Assembly: GCA_964016885.1 (NCBI GenBank)
Contig: OZ024744.1
Coordinates: 15,004,001 to 15,068,000 of the forward strand
Direction of reading: 5' to 3'
Origin: Eledone cirrhosa
Lineage: Eukaryota
DNA: 64,000 bases
How positions within the stretch are numbered: position 1 is the first letter of the stretch; the number at the start of each line of letters is the position of its first letter. Position numbers and translations under genes: made by a program. Under the pieces are notes generated by a model. It was not told where the DNA came from and searched no databases. It saw only the letters and a list, made by a program, of their open reading frames with translations. This document shows, piece after piece, positions 1 through 15,499 of the stretch.

Positions 1-2150
1 CAGCAATATGTAATGTAGATTACTCCAGCAATATGTAATGTAGATTACTCCAGCAATATGTAATGTATATTACTTCAGCAATATGTAGTGCATATTACTC
101 CAGCAATATGTAATGTATATTACTCCAGCAATATGTAATTTAGATTACTCCAGCAATATGTAATGTATATTACTCCAGCAATATGTAGTGTAGATTACTT
201 CAGCAATATGTAATGTATATTACTCCAGCAATATATGATGGAGATTACTCCAGCAATATGTAATGTAGATTACTCCTGCAATATGTAATGTATATTACTC
301 CAGCAATATGTAATGTAGATTACTTCAGCAATATGTAATGTAGATTACTCCAGCAATATGTAATGTATATTACTTCAGCAATATGTAATGTAGATTACTC
401 CAGCAATATGTAATGTATATTACTCCAGCAATATGTAATGTAGATTACTCCAGCAATATGTAGTGCATATTACTCCAGCAATATGTAATGTAGATTACTC
501 GAGCAATATGTAATGTATATTACTCCAGCAATATGTAATGTAGATTACTCCAGCAATATGTAATGTAGATTACTTCAGCAATATGTAATGTAGATTACTC
601 CAGCAATATGTAATATAGATTATTCCAGCAATATGTAATGTAGATTACTCCAGCAATATGTAATGTAGATTACTCCAGCAATATGTAATGTAGATTACTC
701 CAGCAATATGTAGTGTAGATTACTTCAGCAATATCTAATGTAGATTACTCCAGCAATATATAATGTAGATTACTTCAGCAATATGTAATGTATATTACTC
801 CAGCAATATGTAATGTAGATTACTTCAGCAATATGTAATGTATATTACTCCAGCAATATGTATTGTAGATTACTTCAGCAATATGTAATGTATATTACTC
901 CAGCAATATGTAATGTATATTACTCCAGCAATATGTAATGTAGATTACTCCAGCAATATGTAATGTATATTACTCCACCTATATGTAATGTAGATTACTG
1001 CAGCAATATGTAGTGTAGATTACTTCAGCAATATCTAATTTAGATTACTCCAGCAATATGTAATGTAGATTACTCCAGCAATATGTAATGTAGATTACTC
1101 CAGCAATATGTAATGTAGATTACTCCAGCAATATGTAATGCATATTACTCCAGCAATATGTAATGTAGATTACTCCAGAAATATGTAATGTAGATTAGTC
1201 CAGCAATATGTAATGTAGATTACTCCAGCAATATGTAATGTAGATTACTCCAGCAATATGTAATGTAGATTACTCCAGCAATATGTAATGTAGATTACTC
1301 CAGCAATATGTAATGTATATTACTTCAGCAATATGTAATGTAGATTACTCCAGCAATATGTAATGTAGATTACTCCAGCAATATGTAATGTATATTACTC
1401 CAGCAACATGTAATGTAGATTACTCCCGCAATATCTAATGTATATTACTCCAGCAATATGTAATTTAGATTACTCCAGCAATATGTAATGTATATTACTC
1501 CAGCAATATGTAATGTAGATTACTTCAGCAATATGTAATGTATATTACTCCAGCAATATATAATGTAGATTACTCCAGCAATATGTAATGTAGATTACTC
1601 CAGCAATATGTAATGTATATTACTCCAGCAATATGTAATGTATATTACTTCAGCAATTTGTAATGTAGATTACTCCAGCAATATGTAATGTATATTACTC
1701 CAGCAATATGTAATGTAGATTACTCCAGCAATATGTAGTGCATATTACTCCAGCAATATGTAATGTAGATTACTCCAGCAATATGTAATGTAGATTACTT
1801 CAGCAATATGTAATGTAGATTACTCCAGCAATATGTAATGTAGATCACTCCAGCAATATGTAATGTATGTTACTCCAGCAATATGTAATATATATTACTC
1901 CAGCAATATGTAATGTATATTACTCCAGCAATATGTAATGTATATTACTTCAGCAATTTGTAATGTAGATTACTCCAGCAATATGTAATGTATATTACTC
2001 CAGCAATATGTAATGTATATTACTCCAGCAATATGTAATGTAGATTACTCCAGCAATATCTAATGTATATTACTTCAGCAATATGTAATGTAGATTACTC
2101 CAGCAATATGTAATGTAGATTACTCCAGCAATATGTAATGTATATTACTC

Positions 2151-5100
2151 CAGCAATATGTAATGTATATTACTCCAGCAATATGTATTGTAGATTACTT
2201 CAGCAATATGTAATGTATATTACTTCAGCAATATGTAATGTATATTACTCCAGCAATATGTAATGTATATTACTCCAGCAATATGTAATGTATATTACTC
2301 CAGCATTATGTAATGTAGATTACTTCAGCAATATGTAATGTATATTACTCCAGCAACATGTAATGTAGATTACTCCAGCAATATGTAATGTAGATTACTC
2401 CAGCAATATGTAATGTATATTACTTCAGCAATATGTAATGTAGATTACTCCAGCAATATGTAATGTAGATTTCTTCAGCAATATGTAATGTAGATTACTC
2501 CAGCAATATGTAATGTATATTACTCCAGCAATATGTAATGTAGATTACTCCAGCAATATGTAGTGCATATTACTCCAGCAATATGTAATGTATATTACTC
2601 CAGCAATATGTAATTTAGATTACTCCAGCAATATGTAATATATATTACTCCAGCAATATGTAATGTAGATTACTTCAGCAATATATAATGTATATTACTC
2701 CAGCAATATGTAATGTAGATTACTCCAGCAATATGTAATGTAGATTACTCCAGCAATATGTAATGTATATTACTCCAGCAATATGTAATGTAGATTACTC
2801 CAGCAATATGTAGTGCATATTACTCCAGCAATATGTAATGTAGATTACTCCAGCAATATGTAATGTAGATTACTTCAGCAATATGTAATATAGATTACTC
2901 CAGCAACATGTAATGTAGATCACTCCAGTAATATGTAATGTAGATTACTCCAGCAATATGTAATGTAGATTACTCCAGCAATATGTAATGTAGATTACTC
3001 CAGCAATATGTAATGTATATTACTCCAGCAATATGTAATGTGTATTACTCCAGCAATATGTAATGTATATTACTCCAGCAATATGTAATGTAGATTACTT
3101 CAGCAATATGTAATGTAGATTACTCAAGCAATATGTAATGTAGATTACTTAGGCAATATGTAATGTATATTACTTCAGCAATATGTAATGTAGATTACTC
3201 TAGCAACATGTAATGTAGATTACTTCAGCAATATGTAATGTATATTACTTCAGCAATATGTAATGTAGATTACTCCAGCAATATGTTATGCATATTACTC
3301 CAGCAATATGTAATGTAGATTACTCCAGCAATATGTAGTGCATATTACTCCAGCAATATGTAATGTATATTACTCCAGCAATATGTAATTTAGATTACTC
3401 CAGCAATATGTAATGTATATTACTCCAGCAACATGTAATGTAGATTACTTCAGCAATATGTAATGTATATTACTCCAGCAATATGTAATGTAGATTACTC
3501 CAGCAATATGTAATGTAGATTACTCCAGCAATATGTAGTGTAGATTACTTCAGCAATATCTAATGTAGATTACTCCAGCAATATGTAATGTAGATTACTT
3601 CAGCAATATGTAATGTATATTACTCCAGCAATATGTAATGTAGATTACTTCAGCAATATGTAATGTATATTACTCCAGCAATATGTATTGTAGATTACTT
3701 CAGCAATATGTAATGTATATTACTCCAGCAATATGTAATGTATATTACTCCAGCAATATGTAATGTAGATTACACCAGCAATATGTAATGTATATTAGTC
3801 CACCTATATGTAATGTAGATTACTGCAGCAATATGTAGTGTAGATTACTTCAGCAATATCTAATTTAGATTACTCCAGCAATATGTAATGTATATTACTC
3901 CAGCAATATGTATTGTAGATTACTTCAGCAATATGTAATGTATATTACTTCAGCAATATGTAATGTATATTACTCCAGCAATATGTAATGTATATTACTC
4001 CAGCAATATGTAATGTATATTACTCCAGCATTATGTAATGTAGATTACTTCAGCAATATGTAATGTATATTACTCCAGCAACATGTAATGTAGATTACTC
4101 CAGCAATATGTAATGTAGATTACTCCAGCAATATGTAATGTATATTACTTCAGCAATATGTAATGTAGATTACTCCAGCAATATGTAATGTAGATTTCTT
4201 CAGCAATATGTAATGTAGATTACTCCAGCAATATGTAATGTATATTACTCCAGCAATATGTAATGTAGATTACTCCAGCAATATGTAGTGCATATTACTC
4301 CAGCAATATGTAATGTATATTACTCCAGCAATATGTAATTTAGATTACTCCAGCAATATGTAATATATATTACTCCAGCAATATGTAATGTAGATTACTT
4401 CAGCAATATATAATGTATATTACTCCAGCAATATGTAATGTAGATTACTCCAGCAATATGTAATGTAGATTACTCCAGCAATATGTAATGTATATTACTC
4501 CAGCAATATGTAATGTAGATTACTCCAGCAATATGTAGTGCATATTACTCCAGCAATATGTAATGTAGATTACTCCAGCAATATGTAATGTAGATTACTT
4601 CAGCAATATGTAATATAGATTACTCCAGCAATATGTAATGTAGATCACTCCAGTAATATGTAATGTAGATTACTCCAGCAATATGTAATGTAGATTACTC
4701 CAGCAATATGTAATGTAGATTACTCCAGCAATATGTAATGTATATTACTCCAGCAATATGTAATGTGTATTACTCCAGCAATATGTAATGTATATTACTC
4801 CAGCAATATGTAATGTAGATTACTTCAGCAATATGTAATGTAGATTACTCAAGCAATATGTAATGTAGATTACTTAGGCAATATGTAATGTATATTACTT
4901 CAGCAATATGTAATGTAGATTACTCTAGCAACATGTAATGTAGATTACTTCAGCAATATGTAATGTATATTACTTCAGCAATATGTAATGTAGATTACTC
5001 CAGCAATATGTTATGCATATTACTCCAGCAATATGTAATGTAGATTACTCCAGCAATATGTAGTGCATATTACTCCAGCAATATGTAATGTATATTACTC

Positions 5101-5600
5101 CAGCAATATGTAATTTAGATTACTCCAGCAATATGTAATGTATATTACTCCAGCAACATGTAATGTAGATTACTTCAGCAATATGTAATGTATATTACTC
5201 CAGCAATATGTAATGTAGATTACTCCAGCAATATGTAATGTAGATTACTCCAGCAATATGTAGTGTAGATTACTTCAGCAATATCTAATGTAGATTACTC
5301 CAGCAATATGTAATGTAGATTACTTCAGCAATATGTAATGTATATTACTCCAGCAATATGTAATGTAGATTACTTCATCAATATGTAATGTATATTACTC
5401 CAGCAATATGTATTGTAGATTACTTCAGCAATATGTAATGTATATTACTCCAGCAATATGTAATGTATATTACTCCAGCAATATGTAATGTAGATTACAC
5501 CAGCAATATGTAATGTATATTACTCCACCTATATGTAATGTAGATTACTGCAGCAATATGTAGTGTAGATTACTTCAGCAATATCTAATTTAGATTACTC
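2151..5600. repeat. Tandem duplication of a 1725-bp (69-monomer) block: 2151-3875 / 3876-5600
   Basis: Markers at an exact 1725 offset: TATTG 2176/3901, GATTTCTT 2451/4176, TTAGGC 3151/4876, TACAC 3751/5476, TCTAATTT 3851/5576. Confidence 0.92.
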
Positions 5601-6399
5601 CAGCAATATGTAATGTAGATTACTCCAGCAATATGTAATGTAGATTACTCCAGCAATATGTAATGTAGATTACTCCAGCAATATGTAATGCATATTACTC
5701 CAGCAATATGTAATGTAGATTACTCCAGAAATATGTAATGTAGATTAGTCCAGCAATATGTAATGTAGATTACTCCAGCAATATGTAATGTAGATTACTC
5801 CAGCAATATGTAATTTAGATTACTCCAGCAATATGTAATGTAGATTACTCCAGCAATATGTAATGTATATTACTTCAGCAATATGTAATGAAGATTACTC
5901 GAGCAATATGTAATGTAGATTACTTCAGCAATAGATAATGTAGATTACTCCAGCAATATGTAATGTAGATTACTCCAGCAATATGTAATGTATATTACTC
6001 CAGCAACATGTAATGTAGATTACTCCCGCAATATCTAGTGTATATTACTCCAGCAATATGTAATTTAGATTACTCCAGCAATATGTAATGTATATTACTC
6101 CAGCAATATGTAATGTAGATTACTTCAGCAATATGTAATGTATATTACTCCAGCAATATATAATGTAGATTACTCCAGCAATATGTAATGTAGATTACTC
6201 CAGCAATATGTAATGTATATTACTCCAGCAATATGTAATGTATATTACTTCAGCAATTTGTAATGTAGATTACTCCAGCAATATGTAATGTATATTACTC
6301 CAGCAATATGTAATGTATATTACTCCAGCAATATGTAATGTAGATTACTCCAGCAATATCTAATGTATATTACTTCAGCAATATGTAATGTATATTACT

Positions 6400-9300
6400 C
6401 CAGCAATATGTAATGTAGATTACTCCAGCAATATGTAATGTAGATTACTCCAGCAATATGTAATGTAGATTACTCCAGCAATATGTAATGTATATTACTT
6501 CAGCAATATGTAATGTAGATTACTCCAGCAATATGTAATGTAGATTACTTCAGCAATAGATAATGTAGATTACTCCAGCAATATGTAATGTAGATTACTC
6601 CAGCAATATGTAATGTAGATTACTCCAGCAATATGTAATGTATATTACTTCAGCAATATGTAGTGCATATTACTCCAGCAATATGTAATGTATATTACTC
6701 CAGTAATATGTAATTTAGATTACTCCAGCAATATGTAATGTATATTACTCCAGCAATATGTAGTGTAGATTACTTCAGCAATATGTAATGTATATTACTC
6801 CAGCAATATATGATGGAGATTACTCCAGCAATATGTAATGTAGATTACTCCTGCAATATGTAATGTATATTACTCCAGCAATATGTAATGTAGATTACTT
6901 CAGCAATATGTAATGTAGATTACTCCAGCAATATGTAATGTATATTACTTCAGCAATATGTAATGTAGATTACTCCAGCAATATGTAATGTATATTACTC
7001 CAGCAATATGTAATGTAGATTACTCCAGCAATATGTAGTGCATATTACTCCAGCAATATGTAATGTAGATTACTCGAGCAATATGTAATGTATATTACTC
7101 CAGCAATATGTAATGTAGATTACTCCAGCAATATGTAATGTAGATTACTTCAGCAATATGTAATGTAGATTACTCCAGCAATATGTAATATAGATTATTC
7201 CAGCAATATGTAATGTAGATTACTCCAGCAATATGTAATGTAGATTACTCCAGCAATATGTAATGTAGATTACTCCAGCAATATGTAGTGTAGATTACTT
7301 CAGCAATATCTAATGTAGATTACTCCAGCAATATATAATGTAGATTACTTCAGCAATATGTAATGTATATTACTCCAGCAATATGTAATGTAGATTACTT
7401 CAGCAATATGTAATGTATATTACTCCAGCAATATGTATTGTAGATTACTTCAGCAATATGTAATGTATATTACTCCAGCAATATGTAATGTATATTACTC
7501 CAGCAATATGTAATGTAGATTACTCCAGCAATATGTAATGTATATTACTCCACCTATATGTAATGTAGATTACTGCAGCAATATGTAGTGTAGATTACTT
7601 CAGCAATATCTAATTTAGATTACTCCAGCAATATGTAATGTAGATTACTCCAGCAATATGTAATGTAGATTACTCCAGCAATATGTAATGTAGATTACTC
7701 CAGCAATATGTAATGCATATTACTCCAGCAATATGTAATGTAGATTACTCCAGAAATATGTAATGTAGATTAGTCCAGCAATATGTAATGTAGATTACTC
7801 CAGCAATATGTAATGTAGATTACTCCAGCAATATGTAATGTAGATTACTCCAGCAATATGTAATGTAGATTACTCCAGCAATATGTAATGTATATTACTT
7901 CAGCAATATGTAATGTAGATTACTCCAGCAATATGTAATGTAGATTACTCCAGCAATATGTAATGTATATTACTCCAGCAACATGTAATGTAGATTACTC
8001 CCGCAATATCTAATGTATATTACTCCAGCAATATGTAATTTAGATTACTCCAGCAATATGTAATGTATATTACTCCAGCAATATGTAATGTAGATTACTT
8101 CAGCAATATGTAATGTATATTACTCCAGCAATATATAATGTAGATTACTCCAGCAATATGTAATGTAGATTACTCCAGCAATATGTAATGTATATTACTC
8201 CAATATGTAATGTATATTACTTCAGCAATTTGTAATGTAGATTACTCCAGCAATATGTAATGTATATTACTCCAGCAATATGTAATGTAGATTACTCCAG
8301 CAATATGTAGTGCATATTACTCCAGCAATATGTAATGTAGATTACTCCAGCAATATGTAATGTAGATTACTTCAGCAATATGTAATGTAGATTACTCCAG
8401 CAATATGTAATGTAGATCACTCCAGCAATATGTAATGTATGTTACTCCAGCAATATGTAATATATATTACTCCAGCAATATGTAATGTATATTACTCCAG
8501 CAATATGTAATGTATATTACTTCAGCAATTTGTAATGTAGATTACTCCAGCAATATGTAATGTATATTACTCCAGCAATATGTAATGTATATTACTCCAG
8601 CAATATGTAATGTAGATTACTCCAGCAATATCTAATGTATATTACTTCAGCAATATGTAATGTAGATTACTCCAGCAATATGTAATGTAGATTACTCCAG
8701 CAATATGTAATGTAGATTACTCCAGCAATATGTAATGTAGATTACTCCAGCAATATGTAATGTATATTACTTCAGCAATATGTAATGTAGATTACTCCAG
8801 CAATATGTAATGTAGATTACTTCAGCAATAGATAATGTAGATTACTCCAGCAATATGTAATGTAGATTACTCCAGCAATATGTAATGTAGATTACTCCAG
8901 CAATATGTAATGTATATTACTTCAGCAATATGTAGTGCATATTACTCCAGCAATATGTAATGTATATTACTCCAGCAATATGTAATTTAGATTACTCCAG
9001 CAATATGTAATGTATATTACTCCAGCAATATGTAGTGTAGATTACTTCAGCAATATGTAATGTATATTACTCCAGCAATATATGATGGAGATTACTCCAG
9101 CAATATGTAATGTAGATTACTCCAGCAATATGTAATGTATATTACTCCAGCAATATGTAATGTAGATTACTTCAGCAATATGTAATGTAGATTACTCCAG
9201 CAATATGTAATGTATATTACTTCAGCAATATGTAATGTAGATTACTCCAGCAATATGTAATGTATATTACTCCAGCAATATGTAATGTAGATTACTCCAG

Positions 9301-10700
9301 CAATATGTAGTGCATATTACTCCAGCAATATGTAATGTAGATTACTCGAGCAATATGTAATGTATATTACTCCAGCAATATGTAATGTAGATTACTCCAG
9401 CAATATGTAATGTAGATTACTTCAGCAATATGTAATGTAGATTACTCCAGCAATATGTAATATAGATTATTCCAGCAATATGTAATGTAGATTACTCCAG
9501 CAATATGTAATGTAGATTACTCCAGCAATATGTAATGTAGATTACTCCAGCAATATGTAGTGTAGATTACTTCAGCAATATCTAATGTAGATTACTCCAG
9601 CAATATATAATGTAGATTACTTCAGCAATATGTAATGTATATTACTCCAGCAATATGTAATGTAGATTACTTCAGCAATATGTAATGTATATTACTCCAG
9701 CAATATGTATTGTAGATTACTTCAGCAATATGTAATGTATATTACTCCAGCAATATGTAATGTATATTACTCCAGCAATATGTAATGTAGATTACTCCAG
9801 CAATATGTAATGTATATTACTCCACCTATATGTAATGTAGATTACTGCAGCAATATGTAGTGTAGATTACTTCAGCAATATCTAATTTAGATTACTCCGG
9901 CAATATGTAATGTAGATTACTCCAGCAATATGTAATGTAGATTACTCCAGCAATATGTAATGTAGATTACTCCAGCAATATGTAATGCATATTACTCCAG
10001 CAATATGTAATGTAGATTACTCCAGAAATATGTAATGTAGATTAGTCCAGCAATATGTAATGTAGATTACTCCAGCAATATGTAATGTAGATTACTCCAG
10101 CAATATGTAATGTAGATTACTCCAGCAATATGTAATGTAGATTACTCCAGCAATATGTAATGTATATTACTTCAGCAATATGTAATGTAGATTACTCCAG
10201 CAATATGTAATGTAGATTACTTCAGCAATAGATAATGTAGATTACTCCAGCAATATGTAATGTAGATTACTCCAGCAATATGTAATGTATATTACTCCAG
10301 CAACATGTAATGTAGATTACTCCCGCAATATCTAATGTATATTACTCCAGCAATATGTAATTTAGATTACTCCAGCAATATGTAATGTATATTACTCCAG
10401 CAATATGTAATGTAGATTACTTCAGCAATATGTAATGTATATTACTCCAGCAATATATAATGTAGATTACTCCAGCAATATGTAATGTAGATTACTCCAG
10501 CAATATGTAATGTATATTACTCCAGCAATATGTAATGTATATTACTTCAGCAATTTGTAATGTAGATTACTCCAGCAATATGTAATGTATATTACTCCAG
10601 CAACATGTAATGTAGATTACTCCAGCAATATGTAGTGCATATTACTCCAGCAATATGTAATGTAGATTACTCCAGCAATATGTAATGTAGATTACTTCAG
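6400..10700. repeat. Imperfect tandem duplication, period 2272 bp (91 monomers minus 3 bp)
   Basis: ATATATGATGGAG units at 6801 and 9073; CACCTAT units at 7551 and 9823. The ATAGATA, TCGAG and TATTC markers keep the same order. Boundaries are approximate. Confidence 0.85.
8201..8222. other. Unique 22-bp monomer (3-bp deletion of CAG/AGC)
   Basis: The sequence reads TACTC-CAATATG instead of TACTCCAGCAATATG, and the register shifts by -3 from here on. The paralogous monomer at 1626 is intact. Confidence 0.93.
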
Positions 10701-13700
10701 CAATATGTAATGTAGATTACTCCAGCAATATGTAATATATATTACTCCAGCAATATGTAATGTAGATTACTCGAGCAATATGTAATGTATATTACTCCAG
10801 CAATATGTAATGTAGATTACTCCAGCAATATGTAATATAGATTAATTCAGCAATATGTAATTTAGATTACTCCAGCAATATGTAATGTAGATTACTCCAG
10901 CAATATGTAATGTATATTACTTCAGCAATATGTAATGTATATTACTTTAGCTATATGTAATGTATATTACTCCAGCAATATGTAATGTAGATTACTCCAG
11001 CAATATGTAATGTAGATTACTCCAGCAATATGTAATGTATATTACTTCAGCAATATGTAATGTAGATTACTCCAGCAATATGTAATGTATATTACTCCAG
11101 CAATATGTAATGTAGATTACTCCAGCAATATGTAATGTATATTACTCCACCTATATGTAATGTAGATTACTGCAGCAATATGTAGTGTAGATTACTTCAG
11201 CAATATCTAATTTAGATTACTCCAGCAATATGTAATGTAGATTACTCCAGCAATATGTAATGTAGATTACTCCAGCAATATGTAATGTAGATTACTCCAG
11301 CAATATGTAATGCATATTACTCCAGCAATATGTAATGTAGATTACTCCAGAAATATGTAATGTAGATTAGTCCAGCAATATGTAATGTAGATTACTCCAG
11401 CAATATGTAATGTAGATTACTCCAGCAATATGTAATGTAGATTACTCCAGCAATATGTAATGTAGATTACTCCAGCAATATGTAATGTATATTACATCAG
11501 CAATATGTAATGTAGATTACTCCAGCAATATGTAATGTAGATTACTTCAGCAATAGATAATGTAGATTACTCCAGCAATATGTAATGTAGATTACTCCAG
11601 CAATATGTAATGTATATTACTCCAGCAACATGTAATGTAGATTACTCCCGCAATATCTAATGTATATTACTCCAGCAATATGTAATTTAGATTACTCCAG
11701 CAATATGTAATGTATATTACTCCAGCAATATGTAATGTAGATTACTTCAGCAATATGTAATGTAGATTAATCCAGCAATATGTAGTGCATATTACTCCAG
11801 CAATATGTAATGTAGATTACTCCAGCAATATGTAATGTAGATTACTTCAGCAATATGTAATGTAGATTACTCCAGCAATATGTAATGTAGATCACTCCAG
11901 CAATATGTAATGTATATTACTCCAGCAATATGTAATATATATTACTCGAGCAATATGTAATGTAGATTACTCGAGCAATATGTAATGTATATTACTCCAG
12001 CAATATGTAATGTAGATTACTCCAGCAATATGTAATGTAGATTAATTCAGCAATATGTAATGTAGATTACTCCAGCAATATGTAATGTAGATTACTCCAG
12101 CAATATGTAATGTATATTACTTCAGCAATATGTAATGTATATTACTTTAGCTATATGTAATGTATATTACTCCAGCAATATGTAATGTAGATTACTCCAG
12201 CAATATGTAATGTAGATTACTCCAGCAATATGTAATGTATATTACTTCAGCAATATGTAATGTAGATTACTCCAGTAATATGTAATGTAGATTACTCCAG
12301 CAACATTTAGTGCATATTACTCCAGCAATATGTAATGTATATTACTCCAGCAATATGTAATGTAGATAACTCCAGCAATATGTAATGTAGATTACTCCAG
12401 CAATATGTAATGTATATTACTCCAGCAATATGTAATGTATATTACTCCAGCAATATGTAATGTATATTACTTCAGCAATATGTATTGTAGATTACTTCAG
12501 CAATATGTAATGTATATTACTTCAGCAATATGTAATGTATATTACTCCAGCAATATGTAATGTATATTACTCCAGCAATATGTAATGTATATTACTCCAG
12601 CATTATGTAATGTAGATTACTTCAGCAATATGTAATGTATATTACTCCAGCAACATGTAATGTAGATTACTCCAGCAATATGTAATGTAGATTACTCCAG
12701 CAATATGTAATGTATATTACTTCAGCAATATGTAATGTAGATTACTCCAGCAATATGTAATGTAGATTACTTCAGCAATATGTAATGTAGATTACTCCAG
12801 CAACATGTAATGTAGATTACTCCAGCAATATGTAATGTAGATTACTCCAGCAATATGTAATGTAGATTACTCCAGCAATATGTAATGTAGATTACTTCAG
12901 CAATATGTAATGTAGATTACTCCAGCAATATGTAATGTATATTACTCCAGCAATATGTAATGTATATTACTCCAGCAATATGTAATGTATATTACTCCAG
13001 CAATATGTAATGTAGATTACTCCAGCAATATGTAATGTAGATTACTCCAGCAATATGTAATGTAGATTACTCCAGCAATATGTAATGTAGATTACTCCAG
13101 CAATATGTAATGTAGATTACTCCAGCAATATGTAATGTAGATTACTCCAGCAATATGTAATGTAGATTACTCCAGCAATATGTAGTGCATATTACTCCAG
13201 CAATATGTAATGTATATTACTCCAGCAATATGTAATTTAGATTACTCCAGCAATATGTAATGTATATTACTCCAGCAATATGTAATGTAGATTACTTCAG
13301 CAATATATAATGTATATTACTCCAGCAATATGTAATGTAGATTACTCCAGCAATATGTAATGTAGATTACTCCAGCAATATGTAATGTATATTACTCCAG
13401 CAATATGTAATGTAGATTACTCCAGCAATATGTAGTGCATATTACTCCAGCAATATGTAATGTAGATTACTCCAGCAATATGTAATGTAGATTACTTCAG
13501 CAATATGTAATATAGATTACTCCAGCAATATGTAATGTAGATCACTCCAGTAATATGTAATGTAGATTACTCCAGCAATATGTAATGTAGATTACTCCAG
13601 CAATATGTAATGTAGATTACTCCAGCAATATGTAATGTATATTACTCCAGCAATATGTAATGTGTATTACTCCAGCAATATGTAATGTATATTACTCCAG

Positions 13701-15499
13701 CAATATGTAATGTAGATTACTTCAGCAATATGTAATGTAGATTACTCAAGCAATATGTAATGTAGATTACTTCAGCAATATGTAATGTATATTACTTCAG
13801 CAATATGTAATGTAGATTACTCTAGCAACATGTAATGTAGATTACTTCAGCAATATGTAATGTATATTACTTCAGCAATATGTAATGTAGATTACTCCAG
13901 CAATATGTTATGCTTTATTACTCCAGCAATATGTAATGTAGATTACTCCAGCAATATGTAGTGCATATTACTCCAGCAATATGTAATGTATATTACTCCA
14001 GCAATATGTAATTTAGATTACTCCAGCAATATGTAATGTATATTACTCCAGCAACATGTAATGTAGATTACTTCAGCAATATGTAATGTATATTACTCCA
14101 GCAATATGTAATGTAGATTACTCCAGCAATATGTAATGTAGATTACTCCAGCAATATGTAGTGTAGATTACTTCAGCAATATCTAATGTAGATTACTCCA
14201 GCAATATGTAATGTAGATTACTTCAGCAATATGTAATGTATATTACTCCAGCAATATGTAATGTAGATTACTTCAGCAATATGTAATGTATATTACTCCA
14301 GCAATATGTATTGTAGATTACTTCAGCATTATGTAATGTATATTACTCCAGCAATATGTAATGTATATTACTCCAGCAATTTGTAATGTAGATTACTCCA
14401 GCAATATGTAATGTATATTACTCCACCTATATGTAATGTAGATTACTGCAGCAATATGTAGTGTAGATTACTTCAGCAATATCTAATTTAGATTACTCCA
14501 GCAATATGTAATGTAGATTACTCCAGCAATATGTAATGTAGATTACTCCAGCAATATGTAATGTAGATTACTCCAGCAATATGTAATGCATATTACTCCA
14601 GCAACATGTAATGTAGATTACTCCAGAAATATGTAATGTAGATTAGTCCAGCAATATGTAATGTAGATTACTCCAGCAATATGTAATGTAGATTACTCCA
14701 GCAATATGTAATGTAGATTACTCCAGCAATATGTAATGTAGATTACTCCAGCAATATGTAATGTATATTACTTCAGCAATATGTAATGAAGATTACTCCA
14801 GCAATATGTAATGTAGATTACTTCAGCAATAGATAATGTAGATTACTCCAGCAATATGTAATGTAGATTACTCCAGCAATATGTAATGTATATTACTCCA
14901 GCAACATGTAATGTAGATTACTCCCGCAATATCTAATGTATATTACTCCAGCAATATGTAATTTAGATTACTCCAGCAATATGTAATGTATATTACTCCA
15001 GCAATATGTAATGTAGATTACTTCAGCAATATGTAATGTATATTACTCCAGCAATATATAATGTAGATTACTCCAGCAATATGTAATGTAGATTACTCCA
15101 GCAATATGTAATGTATATTACTCCAGCAATATGTAATGTATATTACTTCAGCAATTTGTAATGTAGATTACTCCAGCAATATGTAATGTATATTACTCCA
15201 GCAATATGTAATGTAGATTACTCCAGCAATATGTAGTGCATATTACTCCAGCAATATGTAATGTAGATTACTCCAGCAATATGTAATGTAGATTACTTCA
15301 GCAATATGTAATGTAGATTACTCCAGCAATATGTAATGTAGATCACTCCAGCAATATGTAATGTATATTACTCCAGCAATATGTAATATATATTACTCCA
15401 GCAATATGTAATGTAGATTACTCAAGCAATATGTAATGTATATTACTCCAGCAATATGTAATATATATTACTCCAGCAATATGTAATGTAGATCACTCC

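Larger units (their letters stand above)
1..8680. repeat. Dispersed duplication: about 1-2100 recurs at about 6576-8680 (offset 6575 bp = 263 monomers)
   Basis: Shared rare variants: ATATATGATGGAG units at 226 and 6801; CTGCA units at 276 and 6851; GTATGTTAC units at 1851 and 8423 (offset 6572 after the 3-bp deletion at 8201). Confidence 0.9.

Noticed and set aside
2305-2314. ATTATGTAAT in the CATTATG variant matches the PAR-bZIP/E4BP4 consensus RTTAYGTAAY
   Set aside because: A short AT-rich motif one substitution from the consensus, in an unknown organism and with no gene context, is expected by chance.
12998-13172. Run of 7 pure consensus monomers
   Set aside because: The consensus is the commonest monomer, and local slippage readily gives such runs. 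It is not a distinct element.
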